A DNA stretch of 38,479 bases, from the IMG/VR virus record IMGVR_UViG_2880372215_000012. One strand, given 5' to 3'. Both the position numbers and the translations under genes were made by a program. This document shows positions 10,359 through 20,255 of this stretch, piece by piece. Every line of letters begins with the position of its first letter. Within the stretch, counting starts at the first letter, position 1. Source of the stretch: a virus. Its lineage: Duplodnaviria > Heunggongvirae > Uroviricota > Caudoviricetes. The notes beneath the pieces were generated by a model, which did not search any database, was not told the origin of the DNA, and was given only the letters and a program-made list of their open reading frames with translations.

Positions 10359-10999
10359 TTGTCGGTATACCTCTCTCGTTTGCTCAGTTGTTCAGGAATA
10401 TGGTGCAGCAGCTCGCCATCACCACAGTAAATGGCGGCATGATTCGGCACCGATGAACCAAAACAGCACAGCAGCACATCGCCCGGTTGTGCTGATGACA
10501 ACGGCACCTGATACAGCCCTGTGGCCTCCAGATTATCCAGATAGAGATTCTGACCGTGACGCCACCAGTCATCCTCGCGATGAAAATCCGGCATCTCAAT
10601 CCCCGCCAGATGATAAGCATCCCGGAACAGCGTGTAACAGTCCGTCACCCCGTGCTCAAAGCGCCGCCCGGTGAGATGCGGCACACAGCGGAACTTATGA
10701 ATCGTCCCCCGGCAGACCAGCCACCACGGCAAATCACTCTGCACCTGCAGCCGCCGGTCGGCCTCACTCAGCCAGGGCAGACCACCGGGGTGGCTGTGGA
10801 CCAGCGCCACAATCTCACCCTGCATTTCTGCCTGCAGCCAGTCTTCCGGCGACATACGGAAATACGCCTCCGGCTCACCGGAGATATTCACGCAGGGGAA
10901 ATATCTTTCCCCCTCCGGCGTGCTTACCACGAAGCCGCACGACTCCGCTGGCGCACATCGCCGGGCGTGCGCCAGAATCGCTGATTCTGTCTGTGTCAT
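10256..10999 (-). CDS. K: Tail assembly protein K (MPN/JAB plus NlpC/P60 domains)
   Basis: Near-identical to lambda gpK (MTQTESAILAHARRCAPAESCGFVV..HSHPGG..). Confidence 0.9.
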   Translation of the reverse strand: MTQTESAILAHARRCAPAESCGFVVSTPEGERYFPCVNISGEPEAYFRMSPEDWLQAEMQGEIVALVHSHPGGLPWLSEADRRLQVQSDLPWWLVCRGTIHKFRCVPHLTGRRFEHGVTDCYTLFRDAYHLAGIEMPDFHREDDWWRHGQNLYLDNLEATGLYQVPLSSAQPGDVLLCCFGSSVPNHAAIYCGDGELLHHIPEQLSKRERYTDKWQRRTHSLWRHRAWRASAFTGICNDLAAASTFV

Positions 11000-11004
11000 G
11001 GGAT

Positions 11005-11703
11005 TTACTGCGAAAGTTTGTTAATGGAAAGGAAGCCGCCAAAGTTGCCGACGTTATTGCGGAACTTACAACCGCTCAGGCATTTGCTGCATTTATCCTT
11101 CGTGATATCGGACGTTGGCTGGTCATATTCATCCGCGACCGCCGGACCGTGATAACCGCACTCATCGCCGCGATAGGTCCAGGTGCAGGTGTTGGCCAGC
11201 ATGATACGTCCCGGAAAAACAGCGCCGTCCGTTTCCGTCGGCGTGGACAGTACAAAAGAGGCACTCACCGCGCTCAGTTCGCTGCACTGCTCAATGCGCC
11301 AGCGGCTGATCACCTCCTGCTCCGGATCGGCGTCGCTGTTTCCGTTGACGAAGTTCACCGCATCCAGAAAACGGGCGTAAACCTTACGCCGGACCACCGT
11401 TCCGCCGACCAGACTCTGCAGGTCTTCCGCCATCCCCGTGACCATGCCGTGCAGGTTAGAAACCGTCAGTGTCGGACGGGCAGAACTGCCCTTGCCGTTC
11501 AGTTCAAATCCCGTCCCCTGAATGGGGTATGCCTGATACTGCCGCCCCTGCCAGGTAACCGGCTCACCTTTTTCGTTCTGCTCATTACAGAAAAAATAAC
11601 GTTCACCACCGACCTCTGTCAGATCGATTTCCCAGAGCACCGCCTGGGCTGACTGAGTGAGGCGTGTCGTCTCATGATGTGTTTCCTGTGGAATATCCTG
11701 CAT
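11005..11703 (-). CDS. L: Minor tail protein L
   Basis: 232 aa; matches lambda gpL including the C-terminal Cys cluster. Confidence 0.9.
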   Translation of the reverse strand: MQDIPQETHHETTRLTQSAQAVLWEIDLTEVGGERYFFCNEQNEKGEPVTWQGRQYQAYPIQGTGFELNGKGSSARPTLTVSNLHGMVTGMAEDLQSLVGGTVVRRKVYARFLDAVNFVNGNSDADPEQEVISRWRIEQCSELSAVSASFVLSTPTETDGAVFPGRIMLANTCTWTYRGDECGYHGPAVADEYDQPTSDITKDKCSKCLSGCKFRNNVGNFGGFLSINKLSQ

Positions 11704-11712
11704 CAGAGCCTC

Positions 11713-12042
11713 CTATGCCACGACCTGTTCAAAATCTGCCGTTATGGTTACCCACAGCGCCCCCACGCTTGCCGACCATTTACGACAAACCACCCTGATC
11801 GGTTTCCAGTCATAAGGTGGCGTCCACTGAAATGCACGGACGCCACCGTGCCGTTCCAGAAAGGCTTTTAAAGATGGGTGTTCACATTTACGAACACGTA
11901 TCGTCACGCTGTAAGTCGACAACTGGTTATTCAGTCCCGCCGCACGACGCTGTTCATAACCATCGCCCAGCTTCACTGTCACCACTTTCGGCTCTGATAC
12001 CACATTCATATCCGGGCGCACTTTCCAGTGAAACGTCTCCAT
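11713..12042 (-). CDS. M: Minor tail protein M
   Basis: 109 aa; matches lambda gpM (..TYSVT..HGG..WTPPY.. ..FEQVV). Confidence 0.9.
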   Translation of the reverse strand: METFHWKVRPDMNVVSEPKVVTVKLGDGYEQRRAAGLNNQLSTYSVTIRVRKCEHPSLKAFLERHGGVRAFQWTPPYDWKPIRVVCRKWSASVGALWVTITADFEQVVA

Positions 12043-15000
12043 TACCGATATGCTCCACTTAACCGACCACCATCACGGGCCTGCTGTTGCATAAAGTCCG
12101 CTGCCGCTTTTTTCCCGAGGTCATAAACCGCCTTCAGGGCAGCCGGACCTATCTGCCCGTTCGTGCCATCGTTATTGATCTCGATGTTGTACTGCGGGGA
12201 AAACATCGCCATACCTGAACCCCCAATATCCGCCACAACCCCCAGCTTACCGTCAGCACCACGACGCAATGGCAGAATGGCTTCAGGTCCCGCTTCCCCC
12301 ATCACACCCGCGCCTTTTGCAAAAGCAAAAAACGTCGGACGGTTAACCACCGTGCCACTGTAACGACTCAAATCAGCAGACTGATAAATCCCCCCATTGG
12401 CATTCAGGGAAAGGCTGCTGAGATCAAATCCCAGTACACTGCCAATCCCTTTTATCGATTTCATCATGGTTGCCTGCGCCAGGATTTTCGCCATATCTGA
12501 CAGCACAGAAGAGGTGAAGGATTTGAAATTGAGTTTGCCGGTAGTGACAAAAGTTGCCAGGCCATTTCCCATGTTGCTGAAGGCTGACGAGAACACCTGT
12601 TCTGCTGTTTCTGCCGTATTATCTGCATCCACGGTAAAATCCTGAAATGCACGCAGGACTCCGTTTTTCCAGTTACCCTGTACAACTTCAAGCTGTTGCC
12701 AGTAACGGCGATTCTCATTCAGTTGTCGGTTCAGGCTCTCCGTCAGCGCCTGCTCGGCCTTTCTGTAGTCATCCGTGTTATATGTCCCTTTCTGCTCACT
12801 ATCCCGCCTCAACTGCTCCAGCTGTTGCTGGTATTTCTGGCGAAGACTCAGTTGTACCTGATATCGCTGTCGCTGCTGATCACCCATACCCACCGTGGCG
12901 ATATCCAGGTCATGTTGCTGACGCTGAGCGCGCTCTTCTTCAGCCAGTTGACTGGTCAGCTGAATTGTTTTTTTCTTCAGCTCGTTGAGTGCCGTCTGTT
13001 TCTGAAGCTCCTGCTGTTTTACATCCAGCAGCGTCAGTGCCTGAATCAGTTCATCTTTACGGGCCAGCACACTCTTTTCATCTGCCGTCAGTTTTTTCCC
13101 GTCCAGGTCGCTGATGCGCTGCTGCAGAGCCAGAAGCTGTTTACGCGCTTCTGTCATCCTTTCCGTGGCAATGCCTGCTGACTGTCTGGCAGCAGCAATC
13201 TGTCCTTCCACCTGTGCCTGTTGCTGACTGTACTGCAGCAATAACCGGGTGGCCTCATCATTACGGGTTTCGCGTGTTTTTTTCTTACCGGATGCCAGGG
13301 CTTTCTCGTAACGTTCATTTTCACGTTGTATCGCCGCATCCCTGACAGCCTGATCGGCGTACTGCATGGCATTAATACGCGCTATTTCACGCTGATGTCG
13401 TGCTGCTTCCGTTTCATTCATCCGGTTCAGTGCAGCATTTTCAGCATTACGGCGTTTCTGTTGCTCCTGATAATTCCGCTCTGCCTGCTCTTTTGCATCC
13501 TGCAAATCCTTCTGGCGTTTTTTCTCCTGAAGATCGTTAAGACGCTGCTGATCGTATTCAACCTGAGAAGATGATGCCGTCCAGGGGAGTCTTTTCGCCC
13601 GCGACACTTTCTCCTGTAAAGCGGCAATCTGTTCATCCAGCGAGTCTTCACGACCAATATTCATGGCCGCATCCCAGAAACGACTCCACAAATCAGACAG
13701 ATACTTCAGCGTACTGCCAAGCGCATTGAGGTTATTATCAATATCCGCAGTACGCCGACCGGTTTCCTCTGCCAGTGCAGACATGGCTATCCGTGCAGCA
13801 TCACTGGACCGCCCCTGCTCCCCAAGGACGCGTATCTGCTCAAGCTGAGTGGCAGTAAGAAAATGCAGCTCATTGTCCAGAGCCTTCGCGGCATTTACAG
13901 GATCATCCTTCAGCCGCTTAAACTGATTTATGGTATCGCTGACCGACTGGCCAACCGATCGCTCCATCTGTGCGGCAGCTCTCGCCACCATACCGATATC
14001 GTTTCCACGAAATGCACCACTCCCCACCACCTGAGCCAGCGCACCGGCTGCAGCATGTTGCGTGATACCATTCCCGGAAATAGCACGACTGAGCGTCCAC
14101 AGCTGCCCGGCAGTGACTCCGGCATAATGCCCCGTCAGCGACAGCTGGCGGTTAAATTCTTCCCCCTCCTTCTGACCGTCATACCAGGCTTTACCCAGAC
14201 CATAGACAGCCGCGGCAATACCGCCAATAACCGCTCCTGGCATCATGCCTTTCGGTGACATCAGTGTGTCTATCCACCCGGCACGGTTAGCCAGCGTTAT
14301 TCCGGATCCCCTCAGCGCACCTAAATTGCCGCGGGCCAGTTCACCTATCAGAACGCCTATCTCCTGACGGGCTGCTGCACTTTTCAGACCCAGCGAATGC
14401 GTGGCTTTTCCTGCCTGCTCCATTTTGCGGATATACACTTCTGCAGCACTGCTTACCCCCAGCTGGGCAGCCTTAGCACGAAGCAACTCAGAAGAAGAAA
14501 GATTCTGGCGGGTTGCCTGCTCTTTAAGCTGACGGATAAACGCCACTTTCTGTCGGGTAGCCTCTTCCTCAGCCTGTGTAAGAACACGGGTTTTCGCCGT
14601 AACCTCAGAAATCAGCGCCAGATAATCCTGCTGACCAATCCCGCCACTGTTTCTGGCCTGTCGGATCTGTTGCTGAATACGCTGTAATTCCTGCAGCCCC
14701 GCACCGGCCTGTTTCACACTGTCAATCTGACGATAAAACGCAGCAGCCGCTTTATCCTGAGCCTCCGCCAGAGCCATGGCCTGCGCCTGTTCCTCGCGCA
14801 TTTTCTGGCTCAGTGCCTCCATACGCTGGCGGGTTTGCTCCACCTCGCGGGCCATGCGTTCATGAGCCTGTGCGCTCTTCTCCACCGTCTGCGCATGGAC
14901 GGATGCGGCTGTTGCAGCCGAAGAAGCCGCCTGCATTGTCTGCCGGGCGGCCTGAGTCTGACGCTCCATAAAACGCTGCATACGGGCAGAAGACCGTTCT

Positions 15001-15107
15001 GCATCGCTGGCTGCACCATTCAGAAGGTTTTTGATACGGGGAATTTCATTTTTAAACTCTGCCGCATCAATCCCCAAATCAATGACCAGGTTGGCTATCT
15101 GGTCCAT
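12042..15107 (-). CDS. H: Tail tape measure protein H
   Basis: Start taken at MDQIANLVIDLGIDAAEF (lambda MAEPVGDLVVDLSLDAARF); C-terminus ..NNDGTNGQIGPAALKAVYD..RDGG matches the lambda gpH C-terminus; coiled-coil-rich middle. Confidence 0.9.
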   Translation of the reverse strand: MDQIANLVIDLGIDAAEFKNEIPRIKNLLNGAASDAERSSARMQRFMERQTQAARQTMQAASSAATAASVHAQTVEKSAQAHERMAREVEQTRQRMEALSQKMREEQAQAMALAEAQDKAAAAFYRQIDSVKQAGAGLQELQRIQQQIRQARNSGGIGQQDYLALISEVTAKTRVLTQAEEEATRQKVAFIRQLKEQATRQNLSSSELLRAKAAQLGVSSAAEVYIRKMEQAGKATHSLGLKSAAARQEIGVLIGELARGNLGALRGSGITLANRAGWIDTLMSPKGMMPGAVIGGIAAAVYGLGKAWYDGQKEGEEFNRQLSLTGHYAGVTAGQLWTLSRAISGNGITQHAAAGALAQVVGSGAFRGNDIGMVARAAAQMERSVGQSVSDTINQFKRLKDDPVNAAKALDNELHFLTATQLEQIRVLGEQGRSSDAARIAMSALAEETGRRTADIDNNLNALGSTLKYLSDLWSRFWDAAMNIGREDSLDEQIAALQEKVSRAKRLPWTASSSQVEYDQQRLNDLQEKKRQKDLQDAKEQAERNYQEQQKRRNAENAALNRMNETEAARHQREIARINAMQYADQAVRDAAIQRENERYEKALASGKKKTRETRNDEATRLLLQYSQQQAQVEGQIAAARQSAGIATERMTEARKQLLALQQRISDLDGKKLTADEKSVLARKDELIQALTLLDVKQQELQKQTALNELKKKTIQLTSQLAEEERAQRQQHDLDIATVGMGDQQRQRYQVQLSLRQKYQQQLEQLRRDSEQKGTYNTDDYRKAEQALTESLNRQLNENRRYWQQLEVVQGNWKNGVLRAFQDFTVDADNTAETAEQVFSSAFSNMGNGLATFVTTGKLNFKSFTSSVLSDMAKILAQATMMKSIKGIGSVLGFDLSSLSLNANGGIYQSADLSRYSGTVVNRPTFFAFAKGAGVMGEAGPEAILPLRRGADGKLGVVADIGGSGMAMFSPQYNIEINNDGTNGQIGPAALKAVYDLGKKAAADFMQQQARDGGRLSGAYR

Positions 15108-15422
15108 AACGCACACCTCCGGAAATACCTTCCCCAAGATGCATCAGTTCTTCGTCCGTTCGCTCCGGTATCCCGTTCTCTTCCGGTAAAAGGCTGAAAT
15201 CAGCCACCGCAGCATCACTGCTACCGGACACCATTCTCACGATCAATGCCTTCAGCGAGGCAAACTGCGCATCCATCCACACATCACTGAAGCTCTGCAT
15301 CCGGAAATAATCGCCCCACTCACCAAGCTCAGTGGCCGACATTTCCGACAGCATCCGCCGCCAGTCTGCCCGCCGGAACTCCCGGGCAAGCCGCATGACA
15401 AACTGCATTTCCCGCGTCAGGA
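15079..15422 (-). CDS. T: T-frame segment of the tail assembly chaperone G-T, reached by a programmed -1 frameshift from G
   Basis: ORF in the -1 frame relative to G, open from just upstream of the G stop; conserved G/GT arrangement of lambdoid tail operons. Confidence 0.7.
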
Positions 15423-15803
15423 CTTTTCCGGCGTCAGCACCTCATGCTCCAAATCCCCGGCATTCTCAATGGCTCCCATACCGCTCAGCGACAGAACCAT
15501 CTCCGCCCCCGCTCCCAGGGCATCATACGACCATGTTGTAATAACGGATGCGCAAAGCGTCTCAACATCCTGAGACTGTTCCGCATTCCACAGTGAGCGG
15601 GAAACCAGCCAAGCATTGATATCCATCCCCATCCGCAGAAAAGCAATCTGTCGTTCAGCCTCCGGCAGTTCTCCCTCTTCGGCATCAAACTTTGCCGTTC
15701 GCTGCTGAACAAACGCCAGATATTCAATTCTCTGCAGCCCGGACAGCTCACTGAGCACCACGGACTGCTTTTCATAATTAAACGTGCCCTGTTTCAGAAA
15801 CAT
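15417..15803 (-). CDS. G: Tail assembly chaperone G
   Basis: Position between V and T/H; N-terminus MFLKQ..SVVLSELSGLQRIEYLA resembles lambda gpG. Start could equally be 15806 or 15845. Confidence 0.8.
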   Translation of the reverse strand: MFLKQGTFNYEKQSVVLSELSGLQRIEYLAFVQQRTAKFDAEEGELPEAERQIAFLRMGMDINAWLVSRSLWNAEQSQDVETLCASVITTWSYDALGAGAEMVLSLSGMGAIENAGDLEHEVLTPEKS

Positions 15804-15863
15804 CATGTTCTCCACCTGCAAAAAAGCCCCGGATAACCGGGGCAAATGATGAGTATCGTCCTG

Positions 15864-16607
15864 TTAACCTGCAGCGCTGACAGTCACCGCAGCCACAGCC
15901 ACAAAATTCCCGTCAGCGGTCATGCCCACAATGCTGACGCTGCCCTGCTTCACGCCTTTCACCGTGGCCACAAGTCCGTTCAGGGTCACAGTGGCTGTCT
16001 GTGGATCTGTCGAATGCACACTGATCGCTTTGTCACTGGCTCCGTCAGGTTTTACTGTAAAGGTCAGCGTGGTGGTTGCTCCCACATTGACACTGGCGGA
16101 TGCCGGTGCCACCGTCAGCCCGGTAACGCCCACAGTTTCAGTGCCCTCCTCTGCCAGATATGGACGCCCCACACCGCTGATTTTCACTGTGCGGGTCATC
16201 ACGTCTTTTGAGGCAATGGTTTTACCCAGTGAGCTCAGCCAGCCGCGGAAAACATCAACAGTGCCGTTGGGATATTTGATACGAAACGCGCAGACTTCAC
16301 CGGAGTCGAACAACTGAACCAGTTTTTTCTGCCCGCTGTCACCCGGACGCCAGGCCAGCGTCGCCGAAGTATCACCAACGGATTTCTGCCCCTGGGTTGT
16401 CGTTTTCCAGTCTGCATCTTCATCATCGAGATAAGTGTCATCTTCTGCATCAGCGGTCATTTCGCCAGGTTGCAGATCCTTCACCATCGCAAGACGCAGC
16501 CAGTCAGTGTCCGACAAAGGGTTCGCAAACGCATCGCCGTTGCCGGTATACATCCAGAACGTCGTCCCCGCACCTTTCGTCTTTGCCAGTGGATTTGGCG
16601 TGGTCAT
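15864..16607 (-). CDS. V: Major tail protein V with C-terminal Ig-like domain
   Basis: MTTPNPLAKTKGAGTTFWMY..YLDDEDADW..VDVFRGW.. matches lambda gpV; Ig-like C-terminal domain. Confidence 0.9.
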   Translation of the reverse strand: MTTPNPLAKTKGAGTTFWMYTGNGDAFANPLSDTDWLRLAMVKDLQPGEMTADAEDDTYLDDEDADWKTTTQGQKSVGDTSATLAWRPGDSGQKKLVQLFDSGEVCAFRIKYPNGTVDVFRGWLSSLGKTIASKDVMTRTVKISGVGRPYLAEEGTETVGVTGLTVAPASASVNVGATTTLTFTVKPDGASDKAISVHSTDPQTATVTLNGLVATVKGVKQGSVSIVGMTADGNFVAVAAVTVSAAG

Positions 16608-16617
16608 TACCACCTCC

Positions 16618-17031
16618 TTAATTCGTGTACGTGATCTGGTACGTGATTTCCGCCATCGCCCAGGTGGCCATCTCATTATCACGTTGATAGTTAAAACCGA
16701 GTGGGATCAGGGTGTCGATGAGTCCGGAAAGTGCCGATACATCATTCAGGGCCGGGAAAATGGTGCTCTCCATCCACATATCCAGCTCTGAATCCGGTGC
16801 CTGTGCCCGGATGAAGACAGCAATATGCAGAACAGCCTGCCAGTCATCTTCATCCGTCATTTTTCCGGTGTACTGAGCATCACTCAGCCACACCGCCACG
16901 GCAGGCAGTTCCTGCGCATCAACAAATGCCGGAAGCCCGTCAAAAAACGTGGCGCTGTCTCCACACTGTTCCCGAAGGCGTGCCAGTACGACCTGGCGGA
17001 TTTGTGTATGTCGGTTCATCGGGTCAGCCAT
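16618..17031 (-). CDS. U: Tail terminator protein U
   Basis: ..ATFFDG..PAVAV.L..A.YTG....D.WQA.LHI.VF..AQ.PDSELD.WMES.. matches lambda gpU. Confidence 0.85.
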   Translation of the reverse strand: MADPMNRHTQIRQVVLARLREQCGDSATFFDGLPAFVDAQELPAVAVWLSDAQYTGKMTDEDDWQAVLHIAVFIRAQAPDSELDMWMESTIFPALNDVSALSGLIDTLIPLGFNYQRDNEMATWAMAEITYQITYTN

Positions 17032-17594
17032 AACCTCAGTTGTTGTTTCAGTGCATACCCCAGCTGTTTCGGCATTTCCGCAGCAATGATGCGGTCGCGG
17101 GCATCTTCAAATGCCTGTGTCAGCGGTCCGGACAGCGGGATTTTCACCACATCAATGGGGTAACGATTTTTGCCATCAATACGCCGCATCACATGCCAGC
17201 GACCATTCGCCAGTTGCTGAATAAACGCATCCCGGAAAAGATATTTACCCACCTTCAGCACACTGCCACGGTACTGCAGTTTTCCACCACGCTGGGCCAG
17301 TCTGACCCGGGCTGTCCCCAGCTTAATGGCGGGCAGATTGCCCCGGTTAACGCGGATCCTGGCCGTCATTTTTCCTGACGGACTGGCTTTAAACACCCGG
17401 ACACGCTGACGAACCAGTTTCAGGGGGATCCCTTTCACCTGGTTATCTCCCGCAACGGTATTCCCGGCAACCTGCCGGGTGGCAACCGAGCCCGCTTTCT
17501 GTGCCACACGGTTTATCGCCCATGCGCTGGCCTGTGGCACCATACGGGTATCAAGGCTGTTCAGATTGCGGATGGCATTCTCAAGCCCCTTCAT
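17016..17594 (-). CDS. Z: Tail completion protein Z
   Basis: 192 aa; ..NGRWHVM.R..GKNRYPIDVVKIP.. matches lambda gpZ. Confidence 0.85.
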   Translation of the reverse strand: MKGLENAIRNLNSLDTRMVPQASAWAINRVAQKAGSVATRQVAGNTVAGDNQVKGIPLKLVRQRVRVFKASPSGKMTARIRVNRGNLPAIKLGTARVRLAQRGGKLQYRGSVLKVGKYLFRDAFIQQLANGRWHVMRRIDGKNRYPIDVVKIPLSGPLTQAFEDARDRIIAAEMPKQLGYALKQQLRLWLTR

Positions 17595-17605
17595 CCCACA
17601 CCTCT

Positions 17606-17881
17606 TTACTCAATAAAGATCATTGGCTTACCGTTAAAGCGTTCATGCCGTGTGACCGTCCATTGTTGTCCGTCATAAACAACGCGATCCCCGCGCCGTG
17701 GGCGGTATCCCGAAGAAAACACCACCAGAGAGACCGCAGGTCCGGACAGAGCATTCAGCTCTGCCAGTGTTTCTCCCGGGATCACAGTCATATCGACATC
17801 ATTAATCGAGGCTGTCTTTCCCATCTTTCTGACCGTGATAGCATCCATACGCGCTGCCAGCCGGGAAAAGGGATCAGACAT
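17606..17881 (-). CDS. Putative head-tail adaptor / head completion protein (occupies the FII position)
   Basis: 91-aa ORF between the head module and Z; no direct lambda FII sequence match recognised; called by position. Confidence 0.45.
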   Translation of the reverse strand: MSDPFSRLAARMDAITVRKMGKTASINDVDMTVIPGETLAELNALSGPAVSLVVFSSGYRPRRGDRVVYDGQQWTVTRHERFNGKPMIFIE

Positions 17882-18197
17882 TGAGTTTTACCGGCACTTC
17901 TTCTGCACTGGTTCCGGCATCTGCCCAGACAACCCCGACCAGCGGATCAGAGCCGCTGTTAGTCAGCTGAACTTTTCCTGACTTCAGATAAACCTTCTTA
18001 CCCGTTTTCATGTCATCCGTTTTCAGCTTAGGCAGCATAAACACACCTTCGGTCATGCCGTCGCCTGTTTCACCCTGTGGAATATCGGTCAGCGCCACCG
18101 CAAAAACATCGCCCACCTGCACCAGATCTCCGCTGCTGATGGCTGCACTGGCAACAATCGCCACCGTTTTTCCTTCTTCTACAAAATTCTTTGCCAT
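17874..18197 (-). CDS. Small head-associated protein, possibly DUF2190-type
   Basis: 107 aa from MAKNFVEEGKT..; ATG preceded by GGAGA; lies directly after the capsid gene. Confidence 0.45.
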   Translation of the reverse strand: MAKNFVEEGKTVAIVASAAISSGDLVQVGDVFAVALTDIPQGETGDGMTEGVFMLPKLKTDDMKTGKKVYLKSGKVQLTNSGSDPLVGVVWADAGTSAEEVPVKLNV

Positions 18198-18240
18198 AAC
18201 TGTCTCCGCACAGCCCCGTTCAGGGGCTGATTTCAGGTAC

Positions 18241-18260
18241 AAAAAAAGCCCTTACGGGCC
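18241..18260 (-). terminator. Intrinsic terminator immediately downstream of the major capsid gene
   Basis: On the minus strand: GCCC-gtaa-GGGC followed by T7; a second hairpin (18211..18229) lies just upstream of the next RBS. Confidence 0.45.
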
Positions 18261-18283
18261 ATCAGAGTTGTTGTCTGCGACGT

Positions 18284-20242
18284 TTACGCCGTACATTTCA
18301 CCAGACCGCGGTGATCAACTGGCGCGACACCGGCGTCAATACGCACTTTCGTTGTCACGCCATCCACACTGAAGCCCTCCATCTGATCAATATATGGCGT
18401 ATCCACACCGTTGAGATAAGCCACTTCAATCGTATCGGAGCCTTTTGACGCAGCCAGGTAGAAGGTGGTCTGGCTGTTATCATCAAGACGAGGCTCTGCA
18501 ATAACGGTCGCAAAATCTTTCACCGGGTTAATAATACCGGCGTTAATGTCAGCCCCCTTGACACTTGAGGAGCGAATGACCTGGTTAGCAACAGACTCCA
18601 TCGCCGTCGGTACCAGTACGAACGCAGGACGAATATTCAGATGACGCTCCCCCTCTTTCTGAACGCGCATCAACTGGCGGGCTTTATCCAGCGATGCCAC
18701 GTCCATTGCAGCGCTCTCCAGTACGTTTGCATGTTTCGCTTTATCGAACAGACTTACATTATCTGTGGAGATTTTCGGGTTAGACGTCAGAATGGCATAA
18801 ACCAGATCGGCAATAGTGGATTTCGCCGCACGGCCCAGTTTCATCGGGACATCGGTCAGCATATTCAGATCATCATTGATAATGGCCTGACGGGTGATAC
18901 TGAACAGCTCGCCATAGGTCGCCAGTGCAATAGTGGCCTGTTTATCTCCGGTGGTGACGTATTTATATTCCGCCCCTTCACGCACCTGACGCAGAGCACT
19001 GAAGCCCCCCATACCCACACGATGGGCAATTTTAAAATCAGACAACTGACCTTTCCGCGTCCACTGTTCATAGGTTTCAGGGGCATCTTCCCAGCCCTGC
19101 AGAATGGCTTTGTTCGCAACATCCAGCAGAATATTACCGAAGTCAGACGTACTGTGTGTGAACGCCGCACCGACCATCTGCATCGGGTTATAACTGGAAA
19201 CCCCAATACCCCGTTCAGTCAGTGACATACGGGCATATTCACGCAGGGTCATCCCGTTGTAGACATTATCACGTTCGGTTTTTTCAAATCCGGCACGCGC
19301 CATCAGCGCCTGGCGGATCCCATCCCCCACAAAATTACCGTTTCCGGCATAAATATGAGCCGGGGTATTTTTATTAGATGGCGTGGACTCGCGCCCCATC
19401 TCGTTCAACAGCTTTTCGCGGGCCTGCTCCAGCGAACATTCAGGATCGGCAAGACACTGAGCCTGCAGCGTCTGATAACGCCCGCCAAACATGGCAAACA
19501 GATCATTAATACCGTTTACACGCGCTTTTTGCTCTGCCAGTACCTGCGCACGGATACTGTTTTCATCCACCACAGGTGCTGCTGCCTGCACTGGCGTCCG
19601 GGAGGCTGCAGGTCCATCATCCTGTACGCGTGGAGCACTGTTGCGTGGCGGAGTAATCATGTTTCGAATGGATTCCGGCATCTTTTTAAATTCCTCTGTA
19701 CGTTTTGACTGAATACATGCCATTGCCTTAACGGCTGGCGTCACCTGATCAGCAAATCCATGTGCCAGACATTCGGCACCGGACATCCAGGTCTCATCCG
19801 CCAGCATGGCAGCAATTTCATCGGTGGTTTTCCCGGTTTTCTGTGCATAAGCGGGTAACAGAACCGCCTCAACTTTATCGAGCAGGTCGGCATAGGTGCG
19901 CATGTCCTCCGCATCACCGCCCGTAAAGCCAAATGGTTTATGAATCATCATGAAGGAGTTTTCCGGCATAATGACCGGTTTTCCCACCATCGCAATGACC
20001 GACGCCATTGACGCCGCCACACCGTCGACATAAACGGTAATGGACGCACCATGTGTTTTCAGTGCATTAAAAATGGCGATGCCTTCAAAGACATCGCCAC
20101 CCGGTGAATTGATATTGAGATTAATGTGGGTGATATCGCCCAGTGCATTCAGATCACTGATAAACTGCTTCGCTGTAACACCCCAGAAACCAATCTCGTC
20201 ATAAATATAAATATCCGCGTCACTCTGGTGACCAGCCTGCAT
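18284..20242 (-). CDS. Prohead protease (ClpP/S14-like) fused to an HK97-fold major capsid protein
   Basis: N-terminal region ..DIYIYDEIGFWGV..NSPGGDVFEG..ASMASVIA..MIHKP.. is ClpP-like; the C-terminal ~350 aa is capsid-like; lies between portal and head completion genes. The exact start is uncertain (taken at MQAGHQSDADIYIY). Confidence 0.8.
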   Translation of the reverse strand: MQAGHQSDADIYIYDEIGFWGVTAKQFISDLNALGDITHINLNINSPGGDVFEGIAIFNALKTHGASITVYVDGVAASMASVIAMVGKPVIMPENSFMMIHKPFGFTGGDAEDMRTYADLLDKVEAVLLPAYAQKTGKTTDEIAAMLADETWMSGAECLAHGFADQVTPAVKAMACIQSKRTEEFKKMPESIRNMITPPRNSAPRVQDDGPAASRTPVQAAAPVVDENSIRAQVLAEQKARVNGINDLFAMFGGRYQTLQAQCLADPECSLEQAREKLLNEMGRESTPSNKNTPAHIYAGNGNFVGDGIRQALMARAGFEKTERDNVYNGMTLREYARMSLTERGIGVSSYNPMQMVGAAFTHSTSDFGNILLDVANKAILQGWEDAPETYEQWTRKGQLSDFKIAHRVGMGGFSALRQVREGAEYKYVTTGDKQATIALATYGELFSITRQAIINDDLNMLTDVPMKLGRAAKSTIADLVYAILTSNPKISTDNVSLFDKAKHANVLESAAMDVASLDKARQLMRVQKEGERHLNIRPAFVLVPTAMESVANQVIRSSSVKGADINAGIINPVKDFATVIAEPRLDDNSQTTFYLAASKGSDTIEVAYLNGVDTPYIDQMEGFSVDGVTTKVRIDAGVAPVDHRGLVKCTA

Positions 20243-20255
20243 CCTGAACCAGGAA

